Shown here: positions 62,647 to 64,000 of the stretch, in pieces
Position numbering within the stretch: position 1 is the first letter of the stretch
Layout: the number at the start of each line of letters is the position of its first letter
Source of the DNA: Candidatus Poseidoniales archaeon
GTDB taxonomy: Archaea > Thermoplasmatota > Poseidoniia > Poseidoniales > Poseidoniaceae
Assembly (NCBI GenBank): GCA_038116375.1
Contig: JAYNUQ010000007.1
Span: forward strand, 1,093 to 65,092
DNA length: 64,000 bases
Direction: 5' to 3'
Notes under the pieces: model-generated
Database searches by the model: none
Told to the model about the DNA's origin: nothing
The model's input: the letters and a program-made list of their open reading frames with translations, nothing else
Made by a program: the position numbers and the translations under genes

Positions 62647-64000
62647 ATGCTCGGGAGTGCCGTGATCGTGTTGGCACCGAGCATCCTTCCCGGTTGGGCG
62701 CTGAGCACCGTGCTCGACGGGAGTGGCGACCGGTTTCGAAAAGCTCTCCTGGCGCCGGCCTTGGGCCTTCTCCTTCTCTACGGGATATCGGGCAGCCTCG
62801 TCCTGCTCAATCTGTGGTCTCCGTTGATGATGGTGCTCGCCCTATCGGTCGCCAACATCGTGGCCTACCGACTCATACACCAGCGGCATGAAGTGATGGC
62901 AAAACGCACGCGCTGGCAACTGCTGGAGGCCGCGATGCACGGCGAACTGTCTGAGGAAACGGATGCGCCTACCTTGAGCAAAGAAGCGGAGATTCAACTT
63001 GGATTTCAGCGCACACGCTCGACGCCTTTGATGGCCTTGAGCATCGGCGTTGCAGCCACGGCCCTCTTGACGCCGATGCTTCAGCGCCTGCCGTTTGGTG
63101 TTGATTGGATCGGTTTTGCCATGTTGACCCAACAATTGGTGGTTGAAGGCAACCTTAGCCTGTCGGGCACCAACGCTGGATTTTGGACGTATCCTCCTGC
63201 CTTTCCATCCGTCGCAGCATGGGTGGCCACCCTCACCGGACACGACGCTGGAACGGCCGTGTTCCACCTTGGCCACTACACCCTCTTCGTACTCTTGTTG
63301 GGATTCATGGGGGCGATGGACCGCCACGGTGCTGGTGCGTATGCCATGTTCTCGATGGGTTTGGGGTTGGGCTTGTTTGCCAAGACCTTTGATTCGGGAT
63401 TTCCAAGCGTTGCGAGTCAATTGGGCTTGGTTGTTGGGGTGCTTGTGCTCTTTCGCCATGTCGAGCAACGCCAAAAACACCACACCATTGGCCTCTGTCT
63501 CGCATTGTTCTCCGTTGCTTTGATTCATCCAACGGGAGCGATTTACCTCTCCTTGTTGTTGTTGAGTCACGTGATGCACGGCTTTGCCATGAACAATGAG
63601 GAGCATCGTGAGCTGGTGCGAAAACTTGCCTACATCGCGTCAGCCTTCATCACCGTAGGCTTCGCCGTGGCATTGCTGGTCATCGCCCCTCGTCTCTTTG
63701 ATGAAGCGGTCTTTTCTGAGTACGGATGGCAAGGTGGCAAGCCGCTGCTGGTGTACAACGGCGTTCTTCTCGGGTTTGGGGCGGCCGCCGCCTTTTTCTT
63801 GCGAACCACCCTTGAGGGGCGCATCGCCATCACGTGGTTCGCTCTTCTCTGGTTGCTGAGCGTGGTGCACCTGGTGGAAGGTCTGCGCTACATTCCCGTG
63901 CTGTCTCTGCTCTCCTACACGCTGTATTCAATGGCCCTCCACGCCTATCACCTCCCGCTTGCGGTTCTGGTGGCGCTGTGGTGGTCCCCCCACACCCTTT
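62647..64000 (+). CDS. Polytopic integral membrane protein (at least 10 TM, GT-C-like glycosyltransferase-type topology), partial. It continues beyond the window.
   Basis: My own translation gives an open frame from ATG 62647 to the window end: MLGSAVIVLAPSILPGW...FWTYPPAFPSVAAWVATLTG...LVALWWSPHTL. It is strongly hydrophobic throughout. It is missing from the ORF track because there is no stop in the window. An in-frame TTG ~48 nt upstream is an alternative start. Function unverified. Confidence 0.65.
   Translation, partial: MLGSAVIVLAPSILPGWALSTVLDGSGDRFRKALLAPALGLLLLYGISGSLVLLNLWSPLMMVLALSVANIVAYRLIHQRHEVMAKRTRWQLLEAAMHGELSEETDAPTLSKEAEIQLGFQRTRSTPLMALSIGVAATALLTPMLQRLPFGVDWIGFAMLTQQLVVEGNLSLSGTNAGFWTYPPAFPSVAAWVATLTGHDAGTAVFHLGHYTLFVLLLGFMGAMDRHGAGAYAMFSMGLGLGLFAKTFDSGFPSVASQLGLVVGVLVLFRHVEQRQKHHTIGLCLALFSVALIHPTGAIYLSLLLLSHVMHGFAMNNEEHRELVRKLAYIASAFITVGFAVALLVIAPRLFDEAVFSEYGWQGGKPLLVYNGVLLGFGAAAAFFLRTTLEGRIAITWFALLWLLSVVHLVEGLRYIPVLSLLSYTLYSMALHAYHLPLAVLVALWWSPHTL

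Noticed and set aside
62842-63606. 254-aa minus-strand ORF near the right edge
   Set aside because: The plus strand carries an uninterrupted, strongly hydrophobic membrane-protein frame from 62647 to the window end. The minus-strand product is Gln/His/Arg-rich junk.
1-64000. Mobile elements, prophage, CRISPR arrays or genomic-island boundaries
   Set aside because: No integrase, transposase, direct-repeat arrays, tRNA-flanked junctions or obvious compositional breaks were seen. Essential genes are interspersed throughout the window.

Overview
GC-rich, very gene-dense archaeal chromosomal segment. Many adjacent genes share ATGA start/stop overlaps, and several convergent genes abut with no spacer. 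Archaeal origin rests on a TATA-binding protein, an NMD3 homologue, mevalonate kinase and an archaeal-type SIS-domain PGI/PMI. The lineage is inferred, not proven: the load of giant surface proteins and ecto-hydrolases resembles Marine Group II/Poseidoniales-like Thermoplasmatota.

Housekeeping genes recognised: ileS, cysS, glmS, nadE, trxA, bcp, mutY, mvk, tbp, trhO, maf, a MutS-like ATPase, two extended-SDR epimerase/dehydratases, a fused aconitase-X protein, a membrane-bound HdrD/CCG-type Fe-S oxidoreductase, and a partial cytochrome c maturation cluster (ccmA-B fusion, ccmC, ccmD-like).

The main feature is a set of very large secreted or membrane-anchored proteins:
- a CARDB-repeat protein running off the left edge
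- a 1692-aa jelly-roll/Ig-like protein
- an ELWxxDGT-repeat protein
- an LTD-amidohydrolase
- two tandem paralogous ~1200-aa PKD/cadherin-like proteins
- a 1625-aa S8 subtilisin

Most end in one TM helix followed by a cytoplasmic tail. These tails carry acidic, proline-rich (PPxY-like), Trp-rich (LPEGW..., WW-like) or zinc-ribbon modules. The genes sit beside a SepF-like gene and a rhomboid protease gene. I consider this tail/adaptor theme the most likely candidate for an undescribed system, but it is inference from sequence motifs only.

I saw no rRNA, tRNA, CRISPR array, transposase, integrase or reverse transcriptase. Two real ORFs run off the window edges and are missing from the ORF track (1..3371 minus; 62647..64000 plus). 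Many long track ORFs are antisense artefacts of GC-rich coding DNA.
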